A stretch of 62,454 nucleotides of DNA, the filler included, from Sphacelaria rigidula (Eukaryota), in the NCBI GenBank assembly GCA_964200075.2. It is 10 parts of 10 records of this genome, joined end to end, with 100 filler letters (N's around TTAATTAATTAA, not from the genome) between each part and the next. Parts side by side here need not be neighbours in the genome. Positions count along the whole stretch, not along the records: positions 56,301 to 62,454 come from CAXNAA020021897.1; 9 more parts are not named here. The stretch is one strand, 5' to 3'. Of the stretch, positions 61,560 through 62,454 are shown one piece after another (position 1 is the stretch's first letter; each line of letters opens with the position of its first letter). The position numbers and the translations under genes were made by a program. The notes under the pieces are model-generated. The model was not told where the DNA came from and made no database searches. It was given only the letters and a program-made list of their open reading frames with translations.

Positions 61560-62454
61560 AATCACAACTCGTGTTGTTACAAGAGCGGGACTTCCGTCTG
61601 GGACCCATGAAGGATAGGTTGAGAAAGGAGTCTAAGGGTGAAGGAGCTAGCAAGAGACGGGATGCGTACGTGCTAGATGAAAATGATCTTCTATGGTATA
61701 CCTCCCCTAAGAAGCCAGCCAAGTTGGCTATCCCACGCAGCTTAATGCCAGGGTTGCTGGCGTGGGTGCACACTACGCATGGGCACGCTGGAGTGATGAG
61801 GACGACTGCCGGAGTCAACGCACGGTACGAATGGCCTGATCTTTTTGTCGATATTCGTAAATACTTGTTATCTTGTGGATGTCGTCGACGCAAGCGTACC
61901 AACAGTCACACCCTAGCGATGCGGCCTGATCGATTTCTGCGAGCATGGGAGGTGTTAGAGATGGACATATCGGACATGAAGCAGGTTTCTGCCTCGGGCA
62001 ACAGGTATTTGTTGATCATCGTGGACCGAGCAACGAAGTTTCCCTTTGCTTCCCCATTGGCTGCCAAGATCGCGGTACCCGTGGCGAAATGTCTGCTGAA
62101 GCTCTTCTTGACGTTTGGGGTACCCTACTTTTCGAGGAGTGACGCTGGGGGGGAGTTCACGTCGGAGGTAGTGAACCATGTATGCCAGTGGGTGAAGGTG
62201 AAACTGGACCATGGTCCGGCAGAGCACCCTCGGGGTCAAGGCAGGGTAGAGAGGTATGGAGGATGGTTGCACGACGTTCTGGCCGAACTTTGTAAGCAAT
62301 GGCCGAAAAGGTGGGATGAGTACGTATACCCCGCTGTGTGGATTCACCGTACTACTCCCGATCCTTCGTTACCTAATAACCCGACTCCATTCAAGCTGCT
62401 TTTTGGGCGCGAACCACGCACCCAAATAGACGCTGTGTCACCTGAAGCGGAGTC
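61560..62454 (+). CDS. Gypsy integrase (Zn-binding domain and DDE core), in the open frame that starts at 60671
   Basis: The frame from 60671 has no stop before the window end, so it is missing from the ORF track. LAIPRSL..LLAWVHTTHGHAG..RYEWP..SCGCRRRK; WEVLEMDI; RYLLIIVDRATKF; SDAGGEF; QGRVER; TPFKLLFGREP. Confidence 0.93.

Larger units (their letters stand above)
56301..62454 (+). mobile_element. Ty3/Gypsy LTR retrotransposon internal region: gag-PR-RT-RH-[C5-MTase-like]-IN, with few lesions
   Basis: Gag 56360-57607 (internal TAG at 56702). PR LLDTGAG near 57755. RT RRYSPEQ, WAAACITVRKKDGSLRLCQDY, SVDLASGFFQL, WLDDIL (frameshift near 59340). RH FVLHSDTS, EREVVAV, FTLVTDCSAL, PDALSR. Integrase HTTHGH, EMDI, DRATKF, SDAGGEF, GRVER to the window end. 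LTRs lie outside the contig. Confidence 0.95.

Overview
Eukaryotic, intron-rich, repeat-rich DNA, very likely from a brown alga (Phaeophyceae), judging by EsV-1-7 repeats, one-exon-per-TPR cassettes and Ectocarpus-type subtilase and Gypsy elements. The window is not one locus. It is ten unlinked contigs sorted by size (5x6156, 4x6155, 1x6154 bp), joined by artificial 100-bp linkers (N44-TTAATTAATTAA-N44). Gene fragments found: an Hsp70 that ends after its ATPase domain, COG8, PSMD9/Nas2, an NDR/AGC kinase, an S8 subtilase, an EsV-1-7 repeat protein, PEX5 and an array of 126-bp TPR exons. Mobile DNA includes two Ty3/Gypsy elements, tRNA-derived SINEs and several MITE/foldback families. Most notable: (1) a Gypsy pol with a cytosine-5 DNA methyltransferase-like domain between RNase H and integrase; (2) a TPR exon+intron cassette array in which each intron hides a fossil second TPR exon; (3) a second Gypsy integrase ending in a chromodomain plus a PWWP-like domain. 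All family assignments come from motif recognition by eye; no searches were run.
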